A stretch of 64,000 bases of DNA. It comes from Thermodesulfovibrionia bacterium (GTDB taxonomy: Bacteria; Nitrospirota; Thermodesulfovibrionia; UBA6902). Location: NCBI GenBank assembly GCA_030646035.1, contig JAUSMY010000056.1:5481-69480 (forward strand). Reading direction: 5' to 3'. Each line of letters opens with the position of its first letter. Within the stretch, counting starts at the first letter, position 1. The translations under genes were made by a program, and so were the position numbers. The notes below the pieces were generated by a model. It was given only the letters and a program-made list of their open reading frames with translations. It made no database searches and had not been told where the DNA came from. Positions 27,522 through 36,939 of this stretch are shown here, piece by piece.

Positions 27522-28261
27522 TGGCAAAGGTCAAGGCGTGTTACATAAATATCCTTGAGACCAGCACTGTCACCCTCACATTAGGGACTGAAGATGTCGC
27601 GTTTCCTCTATACCGTCTCTATGACAGGGAGTGTTCTGACCTATTTAAGATCACCGCCGCTGCCACGTTTCAAATTAAGGTCAATCAGGGGGCTATTAAG
27701 GCGATCGACAGGCTCTTAATCCCTGCAGGGCATAACCTTTCAGGTTTGACGCTGACATTCTCATATTCAGACTATGATGCGGATGATTATAGTCAGGTGG
27801 AGCAATGGACTCAGAGCGGCAATGCCCTGATTGATATTCCACTTGATAGCTCGATGACTCATAAGTATTGGAAGCTTACTGTCGCATCCCCGTCAGCCAT
27901 TCCGCAGATACCTGAACTGTTCTTGACCTCAACTTATGAGTTCGAGCGCAATCCTTCCCGGCCATGCGATAAGGACAAGCGGTTTAACGTCGAAAGGCTT
28001 CAGGAGGCAGGCGGACAGCCGCGATATATTAAACACGGCGAGCCGAGGGCATATCGCCTCTATGCCTTACCGCGCATGACCGCAGCACAATCAACCAACA
28101 TACAGGTGCTCAATGACGCATGGGACGGCTGCAAGCCCTTCTTTCTCTGTGATCACAATGGCGTCTGGTTGTTTGGCGAATTACTATCCCCGATAGGACT
28201 GGCTGAAGAAAGCTCAGACAAAGATTCATGCACTCTTGAATTTCAAGAAATACCGGCATAA
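27521..28261 (+). CDS. Distal tail protein (Dit-like)
   Basis: 246 aa immediately after the tape measure gene with an ATGG overlap. The call is positional. Confidence 0.4.
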   Translation: MAKVKACYINILETSTVTLTLGTEDVAFPLYRLYDRECSDLFKITAAATFQIKVNQGAIKAIDRLLIPAGHNLSGLTLTFSYSDYDADDYSQVEQWTQSGNALIDIPLDSSMTHKYWKLTVASPSAIPQIPELFLTSTYEFERNPSRPCDKDKRFNVERLQEAGGQPRYIKHGEPRAYRLYALPRMTAAQSTNIQVLNDAWDGCKPFFLCDHNGVWLFGELLSPIGLAEESSDKDSCTLEFQEIPA

Positions 28262-30591
28262 TGAAGGCACTTACTGATGCGCAAAAACAGGCGATCGCAA
28301 ATGGCAAGCTCTATTCTGCCTATCTACTGGACATCACCCTGCAGGGCACAGGTGCGCCGACTCTCCACATATCAGACAGAACCATTACCGTCTCAGGTGT
28401 AACTTATCAGAATTATCTTAAGGACCTCTCCGGGCTGGGAGAAGAGATAGACCGTGCCAATTCTGAAGGCAGGAACGCGGACATCACGCTCGTATTCAAG
28501 AATAAACCGTACCTCACTTACAACTTCTTTATTCAGATAGGCAGCACATATCCGTTCGAGGGTGCGCTTATCACCATAAAAGAAATTCTTATTAATGATC
28601 TCAATGTCCCGGGAGAGCCGATAACGATCCATATGGGCGTCCTTGATGAGGCGCAGGATGTCGACACACTGAGCTTCACTTACCAAGCGTCATCGCTCTG
28701 GAAGTTGAAGGATGAGCAGTTCAAACAAGCTTTGATCACGGCTGCGGTTTACCCCGGAGCAGATCCTGATGATATTAATAAACCTGCAAATATTGGATAC
28801 GGCTCACTCCAGCAGGTGAAATGTCATGCTGTTGCCGCAGGGGCAGTGGATAATCTGACCGCCAATATAACAGCATCCAGCCCCGGCAATATCGGGACAC
28901 TTGTTCTGTCAGATGCCTCTAAATACCCTGCCAGCGGTGCCTTCACTATCCAGACAGAGAGCGAGCAGATACGTATTGCTTCCAGAAGCGGCAACACCCT
29001 GACTCTTGCCTCATCAGGCGCCAGGGGATACAACAGCACCACAGCGGCGGCACATGATAAAGGAATGGCTGTTTTTGAGGTTAAGACGGAGTATATCTAT
29101 CTAATAAAAAATCATCCTGTAAAGGCTATAGGCAATGTCTATGTTGATAAAATCAGGCAGTTGACCGGTTACACAGCTTACACCGGGCAGAGTGGGGATG
29201 AGCTTAGCGGTTATGAAGGAAAGGCGGTTATTAAATTCACAGTCAAGCCGGTTGTGCAAAAGCAGGTGAATTTGGGAGTAGATGTCACGAATCCTACTCA
29301 CGGTCATCAATTTAATGGAGCCTCACAAAATCAAAATGCCAGTACGTTGGTTTCTCCCGCGTATGGATGTTCCGATCTTGGCGGTTCATTGACCCAAAAC
29401 ATAACCTTTGTCAGCCTTGCTACTGCATATCAAGGGAACAGCGCCACTGTTGGATTTACCGTGTCTTATAACAACTGTGGAATCCCCGATTATTGTGAGG
29501 TAAAGATTGGCGGTATCACGGTTTTTAAAAGGGTGAATGGGTCTACTACAATTAATCTTGGCACAAGCGTAAGCTTGGAAATGGCGTATAGTGGAGGGTC
29601 AAAGGATTTGATTCCTGTGTACATCAACGAGAGTTCTGGGTATAACCCTAACCCACACACACAGAGTGGGATAAAATGCCAAATCAATTCAGCCAGTCGT
29701 GTTGCTATCTTTAATGATGCTTCATCTTCAACAGCACAAAATACATCTGCAAGTCTTACCGGTAATTCATCCGCCGACACTGTCATCGGCACGAGTGTTA
29801 ATGCCGACGTTGACTGCTGGAAAGACGACGCCTTCGGGACATACACCGGCACGGCAAACGCCCTGATTGAGCGGCCTGACCACGTCTTTAAGCACTTCCT
29901 CGACGTCTATTTTGGCTATGCGCTGACTGATATCGATACGGCAAGCTTTGCGGCAGCAGGGGCATTATATGCCTCAGCCATATCCGGCGGATATAAGTTC
30001 GCCTTTTGTATTAATAAAGAGATCCGCTCGGCAAAGCAGGAAATCCTTGAGAACCTGGCATCTCAGTGCCGTAGCACATTAGTCGAGGAAGGTGGCAAGT
30101 GGTACCTGGATTATATCCCTGATACTGCACCAACAGAGGACAAAACTATTAAGGCATCTGAGCTTGTCGGTGAATACGCAAAGTTCCTTTTCCATAAAAC
30201 AGCGCGAGTGGATATTGAGAACGACCTCACGGCCAAATTTGGGGAGAACTACGGGAAGCTGAGCTATGATGAGTCAGAATGGCAAGGCACAGCAACTGCC
30301 TCAGACTCTACCTCACAGGGTAAGTACGGAATAAAGCCCACAAACTATATCTTCAACGCTATCCGGTCGCAGGCCATGGCAGATCATGTCCTGGCATTTA
30401 AACTCTTGCAAAAGAAGAATCCTCTCTGGTTAATAGATGCGACACTCTTCTGGCAGCATTACGACCTCGAAAGAGGCGATACAATAGCGATTGAGAACAC
30501 CCTTAACAACGGCATGAACTTCTTTCTTGAATGGGTCGGAAGGTCCCGGAAGGGCTTTGTGGAAATCAAGGGGAAGGAGTGGGTAGGATGA
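28261..30591 (+). CDS. Tail tip/hub protein (Tal-like; possible receptor-binding protein)
   Basis: 776 aa after Dit and the last gene of the structural block. The call is positional. Confidence 0.45.
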   Translation: MKALTDAQKQAIANGKLYSAYLLDITLQGTGAPTLHISDRTITVSGVTYQNYLKDLSGLGEEIDRANSEGRNADITLVFKNKPYLTYNFFIQIGSTYPFEGALITIKEILINDLNVPGEPITIHMGVLDEAQDVDTLSFTYQASSLWKLKDEQFKQALITAAVYPGADPDDINKPANIGYGSLQQVKCHAVAAGAVDNLTANITASSPGNIGTLVLSDASKYPASGAFTIQTESEQIRIASRSGNTLTLASSGARGYNSTTAAAHDKGMAVFEVKTEYIYLIKNHPVKAIGNVYVDKIRQLTGYTAYTGQSGDELSGYEGKAVIKFTVKPVVQKQVNLGVDVTNPTHGHQFNGASQNQNASTLVSPAYGCSDLGGSLTQNITFVSLATAYQGNSATVGFTVSYNNCGIPDYCEVKIGGITVFKRVNGSTTINLGTSVSLEMAYSGGSKDLIPVYINESSGYNPNPHTQSGIKCQINSASRVAIFNDASSSTAQNTSASLTGNSSADTVIGTSVNADVDCWKDDAFGTYTGTANALIERPDHVFKHFLDVYFGYALTDIDTASFAAAGALYASAISGGYKFAFCINKEIRSAKQEILENLASQCRSTLVEEGGKWYLDYIPDTAPTEDKTIKASELVGEYAKFLFHKTARVDIENDLTAKFGENYGKLSYDESEWQGTATASDSTSQGKYGIKPTNYIFNAIRSQAMADHVLAFKLLQKKNPLWLIDATLFWQHYDLERGDTIAIENTLNNGMNFFLEWVGRSRKGFVEIKGKEWVG

Positions 30592-30704
30592 TTGTGGACA
30601 TGTGATTAAGAACGCAGACTCAGCTAATTTCTTTCAATGTTTGCGTTATCACATCCTTTTAAATAATGATTGACAAGTCCTTAATAAAATAATAGAGTTA
30701 ATAA

Positions 30705-31037
30705 GTGGATATTGAAAAGAGGTTACATCCAAGAATAAATGTCGACATCAGATGTGAAATTATCTTTAAGGATAAAATCTATGACAGTCTTATTCATAAT
30801 GTGTCCATGGGAGGGTTATATATTGAATCAACCCCTGATCTCATCGGATACCCGGCAGGTCTTTCTTCAAATGATAATATTCAAGTAACATGTGTGCTCC
30901 CTTCAGGAGATAACATAATGCTTAAATGTCAGATAAAGTGGATTCTCATTCATGATAAACAACTGAATATCGGAGTGGAACTTATTGAGTCACCTTCTGC
31001 TTTTTTTGATTTCGTAAAAGAAATGGAATTAACTTAA
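30705..31037 (+). CDS. Stand-alone PilZ-domain c-di-GMP binding protein
   Basis: It carries the RxxxR motif (RLHPR) and the D/NxSxxG motif (NVSMGG). A TTGACA-17-TAGAGT promoter-like sequence lies about 30 nt upstream. GC is low, about 35%. Confidence 0.7.
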   Translation: MDIEKRLHPRINVDIRCEIIFKDKIYDSLIHNVSMGGLYIESTPDLIGYPAGLSSNDNIQVTCVLPSGDNIMLKCQIKWILIHDKQLNIGVELIESPSAFFDFVKEMELT

Positions 31038-31163
31038 AAGCTTGACAACTCCCCTATTACCACGGTTTTCTTAAATGAGTGTCTAGTATTATCTCATGAT
31101 TAATTTTGTAACGCATTATTGTAACCTATTGAATAGAGTAGCAACTTATAGTATATTTGTATA

Positions 31164-31493
31164 GTGGAAAGAAGGTGTTCAGAAAGAAAAGATGTTAAGA
31201 TCGATGTTAAGATCAGCTTATCCGGTAAAAGTTATGCCGGATTCATAGATAATATTTCTCCGGAAGGATTAGGTGCAACCATAGTAACAGCCCCTGAAGA
31301 AGATGTAAGCGGTTTTGTTAAAGGGACAAAACTTGAGCTGTCATTTCAAGCCAAAAGAGAAGAAATAACCCTGCAGTGTGAGATCAAATGGATAAATATA
31401 TCTTCAGAGATACATGTTGGCGTTATATACATTATAGGAGCTGAAATTATAGACCCGCCTGCTGAGTACAAAGAACTCATAAGAACTTTATAA
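31164..31493 (+). CDS. Second stand-alone PilZ-domain protein (GTG start)
   Basis: It carries RRCSER (RxxxR) and DNISPEG (DxSxxG). It is paralogous to the upstream PilZ protein. Confidence 0.65.
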   Translation: MERRCSERKDVKIDVKISLSGKSYAGFIDNISPEGLGATIVTAPEEDVSGFVKGTKLELSFQAKREEITLQCEIKWINISSEIHVGVIYIIGAEIIDPPAEYKELIRTL

Positions 31494-31499
31494 ATTGCA

Positions 31500-32777
31500 A
31501 TGCAACGAAGAACTACAGTTAATCTAGGGAATTTGGCCCTCTCTCTTTCTGATGCCATGGATTTGGCAAGCCCTTCATTTGTTCAACATCAACAAAGAAC
31601 AGCCTTCGTTGTATGGGAACTGGGGAAAGTTGCAAATTTCTCAGATGAAACATTGGAAAATAATTTTATTGCGGCACTTCTTCATGATGTCGGTGCATTG
31701 ACATTAGAAGAAAGAATATCCATACATACCTCTAAAGTCGAAAATCTTGAGTTGCATTGCATCCGAGGAGAATTTTTACTCGCTCAATCACCTTTACTAA
31801 ATAAGGCATCAAAAATAATTCGATTTCACCACAAGCCATGGAAAAATTGGGACGTAACTATTGATCCCGCTTTTGCTTTAGAGGCACAGATGTTGTCTGT
31901 GGCTGATTACCTTGAGCACTTGATCGATCGCAATAAATATATTTTGCATCAGCATGAGAATATTATTTCAAATATTAGATCTCTTTCGGGTTCCTCATTT
32001 CACCCACAAGTCATAGATTATTTTCTCACGGCATCCGAGCGAGAGGAATTCTGGCTGGATCTGGTTTCCCCAAGATTATATTCTCTTTTACTTAATGAAG
32101 GGCCTTTAAGAAAGATAGAAATAGGCCTTTCCAAAATAGTTGTTATATCCGAGTTATTTCGGAATATTATTGATTTTCGGTCTCATTTTACCGCAACCCA
32201 TTCTTCCGGAGTTGCAGCAGCAGCTTCAATAATATCCAGGATATTTGGCCTCACTGAAACGGAAATTAACCTCATGGAGGTTGCCGGCAACTTGCATGAT
32301 CTGGGGAAATTAGCCATACCCAGTAGTATCCTGGAAAAGCCCGGGAAGCTTACAAAAGAAGAAATGTCTATTGTGAAATCACATCCATACTATACTTATT
32401 CCGTGATTAACACTATCGGAGGCCTTCAGCAGATGGCTGAATGGGCAGCTTATCATCATGAAAGACTCGATGGTTCAGGTTATCCATTTCATTGTAAATC
32501 AGATGACCTAAGTACCGGAGCGAGGATTCTATCAGTAGCAGACATATTCACGGCGTTAGCTGAGGATCGGCCTTATAGAAAAAGAATGTCCCCAAAAGAG
32601 ATTGTAGAGATAATTAAGCAATCTTCAGACCAGCAACTTCTGGATAAGAAGATCTGTAATCTTCTTTTTGATAATTTCGATGAAATTTCTTCCTATGTTA
32701 TTGATAAGCAGGCTGTTGCCAAGGATTTCTATGAACAGCAATTTGCCTTTATCGATCAAAACTCAGACGGATTTTAA
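31500..32777 (+). CDS. HD-GYP domain c-di-GMP phosphodiesterase (N-terminal degenerate HD domain plus C-terminal canonical HD-GYP)
   Basis: The C-terminal half has HDLGKLAIP and HHERLDGSGYP. The N-terminal half has LLHDVGAL / RFHHKPW without a GYP motif. Confidence 0.8.
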   Translation: MQRRTTVNLGNLALSLSDAMDLASPSFVQHQQRTAFVVWELGKVANFSDETLENNFIAALLHDVGALTLEERISIHTSKVENLELHCIRGEFLLAQSPLLNKASKIIRFHHKPWKNWDVTIDPAFALEAQMLSVADYLEHLIDRNKYILHQHENIISNIRSLSGSSFHPQVIDYFLTASEREEFWLDLVSPRLYSLLLNEGPLRKIEIGLSKIVVISELFRNIIDFRSHFTATHSSGVAAAASIISRIFGLTETEINLMEVAGNLHDLGKLAIPSSILEKPGKLTKEEMSIVKSHPYYTYSVINTIGGLQQMAEWAAYHHERLDGSGYPFHCKSDDLSTGARILSVADIFTALAEDRPYRKRMSPKEIVEIIKQSSDQQLLDKKICNLLFDNFDEISSYVIDKQAVAKDFYEQQFAFIDQNSDGF

Positions 32778-32819
32778 GTTATTACGTATCTTCTATATAT
32801 TTGTTATAATTTTGAGCAG

Positions 32820-33059
32820 ATGATTAATGGAAAAGCAGAAAATAAGTTGTCTGAAGAGTCTTGTATTCGATTTGGCTCTATAGCAATTGCCAAAAGATAT
32901 ATTACTATTGACCAATTACTAAAAGCGTTAAATGAGCAAGTAATTAATGACGTTATAAATAAGCAGCATAAACTTATTGGAGAAATTCTGTTAAAGAATG
33001 GTTGGATGACAGAGAAGCAAATTGAATTGGTTTTATGTGAACTTCGTAAAAAAGATTGA
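32820..33059 (+). CDS. Small protein with two MshEN/T2SSE_N-like 24-residue motifs. Putative c-di-GMP receptor.
   Basis: RFGSIAIAKRYITIDQLLKALNEQ and LIGEILLKNGWMTEKQIELVLCEL resemble the tandem RLGxxLVxxG(I/F)(L/V)xxxxLxxxLxxQ motifs. The spacer between them is 11 aa rather than 5, and the first R is replaced in motif 2. Confidence 0.4.
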   Translation: MINGKAENKLSEESCIRFGSIAIAKRYITIDQLLKALNEQVINDVINKQHKLIGEILLKNGWMTEKQIELVLCELRKKD

Positions 33060-33105
33060 AGATATTAATGTAATCAGTAAGTTTCTTGTTTTTATTCTTC
33101 GTAGG

Positions 33106-33435
33106 TTATCCCTTACTTGCTTTCCAGTCTTTCAATAACCTGAGTATAGTGTGTTTTGCTTCCGGAAGGTCATTTTTTAATATTCGTGATATCAATGCAA
33201 GCTCAGGATCATCTTTCTGTGAGGCACTATTATCACCGACAAGCAGCCAGCCGGGATCGCATTGCAGGGTTTCAGACATCTTCGATAGCAGCTCAGCGCT
33301 TGGGATCCTGTGACCGCGCTCATATTTATTTAAAGTTGGATATGCAACCCCTATCGCCTTTGCCAGCTTATCTTGAGTAAGTCCGGCCTTTTTACGAGCG
33401 ATTTTGATTCGCTGTCCTAATGGGTTATTGATCAA
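33106..33435 (-). CDS. XRE-family helix-turn-helix transcriptional regulator
   Basis: LGQRIKIARKKAGLTQDKLAKAIGVAYPTLNKYERG is a classic HTH_3 motif. Confidence 0.6.
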   Translation of the reverse strand: MINNPLGQRIKIARKKAGLTQDKLAKAIGVAYPTLNKYERGHRIPSAELLSKMSETLQCDPGWLLVGDNSASQKDDPELALISRILKNDLPEAKHTILRLLKDWKASKG

Positions 33436-33566
33436 ATTCTCTCACTTTTTTTTATGAACCTCTCCATCGTGCTCTTCTCATGCCTTAATTTTAAGACATT
33501 TTAGAAGGCATATTATTTTAACTATATAGAAATCCTTACCGCCGGTTGAGGAGTCGGCTGACCAGG

Positions 33567-34058
33567 TTAATATTGCATTGGGAATACGGAATGATTATGA
33601 TCCCACCAAAGTATATAAAGAATTTCAGCTTGTCGTATACCCCACAAGCGTTCCCTTGCAGCAAATCTTAAAGAATATAATTCATCCAGATCATCTAAGT
33701 TTAGTTCTTTTAATCTATCCCTGGCATCTTTACATATTTTACTTACTGGCATGAAATGGTTTTGAGGAGAACCTTTACTGATTCGCTTAGTTGCGATTTC
33801 TCCCCATGTCATTGTCTCAAAACTTTTTAGTCTATTTTGTATTGTTTTGAAAGCATCCGCACTATTTAAATTTCCCCAGCCCCATTGCCCTTCAAAATCT
33901 ATCATACCCATTCGCCATACAGGCCTTTTTTGGTTTATTGACTCTGGTGAATGAGCGTAATCAATAGTTGGAGTTTTTTTACCGGAAGGAGTTTCTACTC
34001 TGTTGGGGGTTTTTGCTGTTGATGGCTGTATTTGCCACTTGGGCCTCTTGTTACTCAA
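33567..34058 (-). CDS. Unrecognised 163-aa protein downstream of, and overlapping, the Panacea-domain gene. Candidate toxin partner.
   Basis: A 4-nt overlap (ATGA) with the upstream DUF4065 gene implies co-translation. No known motif was recognised. It is Trp-rich (GQWGWGNL, LYILWWDHNH). Confidence 0.3.
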   Translation of the reverse strand: MSNKRPKWQIQPSTAKTPNRVETPSGKKTPTIDYAHSPESINQKRPVWRMGMIDFEGQWGWGNLNSADAFKTIQNRLKSFETMTWGEIATKRISKGSPQNHFMPVSKICKDARDRLKELNLDDLDELYSLRFAARERLWGIRQAEILYILWWDHNHSVFPMQY

Positions 34059-34486
34059 AGCCCGCTATAATACTCCATCATGCTTGCATGAGTAATAGTT
34101 CTGTTCCCGCGCATATTTGGAGCCACGCCAGTGCGTGCATCTTTCCAAGGATCTTCTTTATGTGTGAGCTCTGAAAGCCACTGTGAGGTTTTGTCACCAT
34201 AATAGTTTAAGACACCATTAATTGTTGCTCTTTGTTTTTTAGAAAGGCGAGAGGGATCCCCGACTCTTAATGAAGATATATTAAAATAACCTTTATGTTT
34301 ATCATAAAGTTCTCTTACTACAGGACCATTAGCCCACGCTTCAATCTCTTCATTAAAAATAGGCGCTTCATCCCATACGAGTGACCACGCTTGGCAATAA
34401 TAAACAAGCTTTTGAAGCTTCATGGTAGTCATTACCCCATGTTTGTTTAATATGTATGCTGCTATATCATAAACCGAAACAGACAT
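34055..34486 (-). CDS. Panacea-domain (DUF4065; SocA/GepA-like) protein. Putative antitoxin.
   Basis: The N-terminal MKLQKLVYYCQAWSLVW matches the highly conserved DUF4065 core. Confidence 0.6.
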   Translation of the reverse strand: MSVSVYDIAAYILNKHGVMTTMKLQKLVYYCQAWSLVWDEAPIFNEEIEAWANGPVVRELYDKHKGYFNISSLRVGDPSRLSKKQRATINGVLNYYGDKTSQWLSELTHKEDPWKDARTGVAPNMRGNRTITHASMMEYYSGL

Positions 34487-34596
34487 CGCCTTCTCCTTTT
34501 TTCTTATGATTCAATTATAGCAGTTTTTGTTAATAAATTATCAAGATTAATAGGCATATTGTAATATTTTATAACCAATCATCAGGCCCTTACTGT

Positions 34597-34818
34597 TTAT
34601 TTCTTCTTTGTTCCATAAGGTGATTGATTTGTAGGTTTTAAGGAGATTTTCTCTTCACTGGCTTTTGTCTGCACGGCACCGGGTGTGCGGCCTATCTTAA
34701 GACCAATGACTCTTGTAGGGGTGTTTTCTTTGGCTAGTTGTTTCAGTTGTTTAACGTCTGTTTCTGTCCATGCCTTGCCATTATTACGGGTTGATTTGCT
34801 CATTGCTTTTCCCTCCAT
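34597..34818 (-). CDS. Hypothetical small basic protein
   Basis: ORF with coding-like composition next to the repressor. No motif recognised. Confidence 0.25.
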   Translation of the reverse strand: MEGKAMSKSTRNNGKAWTETDVKQLKQLAKENTPTRVIGLKIGRTPGAVQTKASEEKISLKPTNQSPYGTKKK

Positions 34819-34970
34819 ATTTAAAGGATTGACATATCAAAGCACATCTTATTCACTCTTCCAATATACTTGCCAATATAGTTAATTTCTTAATCATTCG
34901 TGATAATTCGGTTGAGAGTAGGCGGTATTTGCAATTATAACAACCCTTTTTAAAATGATCGTATTGAAGC

Positions 34971-35360
34971 CTAAGCTGATTTGGATCTTCTTTCCTTCTT
35001 TTTTTGAGGAAGGGGAGTACTTTTACTTTTGCCGCCTCCTTCGTCGGTTATGATTTCAACAAATTTCTCGATCTTATCAGCATCCTCAGGATGCTTTTGA
35101 AGGTGCTTCTCTATCTTTGCGGCAATCTTCCAGACACTATCTTTTACGTTTGTATCATATTCTTTGGCGCCGTATCTTAACCAGGCAGGGTGTACATCAA
35201 AATACTCAGCCAGTTTTGCTGCATTCTCATCCCGTGGTTGAGTACGGCCATTTACCCAGCTTCTAATTGTTGATTCAGGCTTCCCCAAATCTTTTGCTAA
35301 TTTATATTGAGATATTCCTTTATTTTTAATGAGATTCTTTAATCTGGCAGGAAATGACAT
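34971..35360 (-). CDS. Phage cI-like repressor (XRE HTH)
   Basis: LIKNKGISQYKLAKDLGKPESTIRSWVNGRTQP HTH motif. It is divergent from the rightward early promoter. Confidence 0.6.
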   Translation of the reverse strand: MSFPARLKNLIKNKGISQYKLAKDLGKPESTIRSWVNGRTQPRDENAAKLAEYFDVHPAWLRYGAKEYDTNVKDSVWKIAAKIEKHLQKHPEDADKIEKFVEIITDEGGGKSKSTPLPQKKKERRSKSA

Positions 35361-35414
35361 AGGTATATCTTCTCTCTAAACACCGCAAAAATCAATACGC
35401 AACAAATAAACCGC

Positions 35415-35443
35415 TTGACACCGCACAAAATGTGTGGTATAAA
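35415..35443 (+). promoter_or_regulatory. Near-consensus sigma70 promoter (TTGACA-17-TATAAA) directing rightward early transcription
   Basis: The -35 TTGACA is at 35415-35420 and the -10 TATAAA at 35438-35443. It lies in the cI/early intergenic region. Confidence 0.55.
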
Positions 35444-35682
35444 ATTACACAATGATACCTGGTAAAAATCATTTTAAATTATCCCATGCACACGGACAAG
35501 TAGAAAGGTTTGTCGTTTTTCTATTAACCGATCTCTCTCATCCGAAGACTGAATTCATCGGACTGAGATCTGTCCTGCCGGGCAACTCCTCTTACTACCA
35601 GGTATCAGAAGTCCCGGCAGGGCAACCATAAAAAGGAGAGTACTTTCAATGCCGTCATCATCACACGAAGCGAGGATGCAGA

Positions 35683-35919
35683 ATGAGAGAGACTTTGGAC
35701 CTTACTCTATTGCAGATAAATAAGTACCAGGCAAAGCGCCGTATTGACTGGGTACTCTTGGGCTTTATTGCGGTCTGTGTCCTGGTCACGGTCTTTGCCT
35801 GTATGAAGATCAAGGAACGCGCTGATAACCCTACCGAGTATGAGCAATTCGTCATGGAGAACTATAAAAACGGTATAACTCTACAAGATACACTGAGGAT
35901 GGCAGAGAATGGCAAATAA
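35683..35919 (+). CDS. Small early membrane protein (hypothetical)
   Basis: 78 aa with a single TM helix (WVLLGFIAVCVLVTVFAC). It is the first gene after the early promoter. Confidence 0.3.
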   Translation: MRETLDLTLLQINKYQAKRRIDWVLLGFIAVCVLVTVFACMKIKERADNPTEYEQFVMENYKNGITLQDTLRMAENGK

Positions 35920-36532
35920 ACACTTCAATAAAGGCATCGCATGGGGCAAGCTCGAAGGCCTCAGACGCACGACTTCTGACAGCGTAGACAAGAAGCCTTA
36001 TCTCAAGATATATCTGCACTGTCACAACGCCCTGCACGGCAATGTAAAGGTTTACGGCCGTATTTGGGGCGCGGATCGCATCGCTGAGGCAGAGAAGCTC
36101 CTGATGGACGAGGACAAGCAGCTTAAAAAGGGCATGGGACTGAGACTGGAAGGCTTCTTTAATCAATATGACAAAAAAGTTGAAGACGAGATCACCCGCC
36201 TCAGTAACTTCACATTCTTTCAGATCGCTCCATATGACGGCACGGAATATCGGGCGGTCTTTATCCTGACCGGAGTGATCGAGATCATCTTAAGAGACTT
36301 GGAAGAGGGCAGTATCAGGCTCAGCCTGGATAGACAGGGGAATCAGCCTGAGGAGTTTTTGCTCTATACGGACGACCAGAAAGAACTTAAAGGATTAGAA
36401 GCCGGGCAGACCGTCCAGATCAAAGGGATGATGGCTGAGCAGGGAGAAGAGGATTATTTCGGCGCAAGCTCAGGCATTTTTAGGGCATATGCGAAAGAGA
36501 TAAAAATACTTGAGGAGGTGGAGGTATTTTGA
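35909..36532 (+). CDS. Hypothetical early protein, possibly an SSB-like OB-fold
   Basis: The N-terminus MANKHFNKGIAWGKLEG...KPYLKIYL and the later VKVYGRIWGADRIAE loosely resemble SSB N-terminal motifs. The similarity is weak. Confidence 0.25.
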   Translation: MANKHFNKGIAWGKLEGLRRTTSDSVDKKPYLKIYLHCHNALHGNVKVYGRIWGADRIAEAEKLLMDEDKQLKKGMGLRLEGFFNQYDKKVEDEITRLSNFTFFQIAPYDGTEYRAVFILTGVIEIILRDLEEGSIRLSLDRQGNQPEEFLLYTDDQKELKGLEAGQTVQIKGMMAEQGEEDYFGASSGIFRAYAKEIKILEEVEVF

Positions 36533-36873
36533 AGAGATCATACTCATGGAATAGAGAGATATTTTTGAAAGCCTTGAAGTTCATTGGCAGGTATGAACTG
36601 AAGCACCTGAAGGATGACATGAACCTTGTCGGCGCCTTTGATTGGTTCGAAATAGCGCACCCGGAGAAGTACAGAGAGTATCTCTTGGCATGTCAGGAGA
36701 TGCACAGCTTATGGGATAAAAACGATCCTGCGTCACAGGAACAGTTTAAGCAGCTCGTCAAGCAATACGTCGACACCTGCGCCTGGCTGATCACTCAATA
36801 CATCTCACACTTGAAAGAGCAGGAAGAACTTAAAAAATATCCACAGGGCGAACTGGCTCTGATGGAGGCGTAG
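36529..36873 (+). CDS. Hypothetical early protein
   Basis: ORF with translational coupling on both sides. Confidence 0.3.
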   Translation: MKRSYSWNREIFLKALKFIGRYELKHLKDDMNLVGAFDWFEIAHPEKYREYLLACQEMHSLWDKNDPASQEQFKQLVKQYVDTCAWLITQYISHLKEQEELKKYPQGELALMEA

Positions 36874-36903
36874 ATGAAGAAATTTAAAAATATAACTTTA
36901 TTC

Positions 36904-36933
36904 TTGACATCATTAATGTTATGTGTTTATAAT
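36904..36933 (+). promoter_or_regulatory. Near-consensus sigma70 promoter (TTGACA-17/18-TATAAT) embedded in the annotated 36874..37416 ORF
   Basis: TTGACA at 36904-36909 and TTATAAT at 36927-36933. Confidence 0.5.
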
Positions 36934-36939
36934 TTTAGC

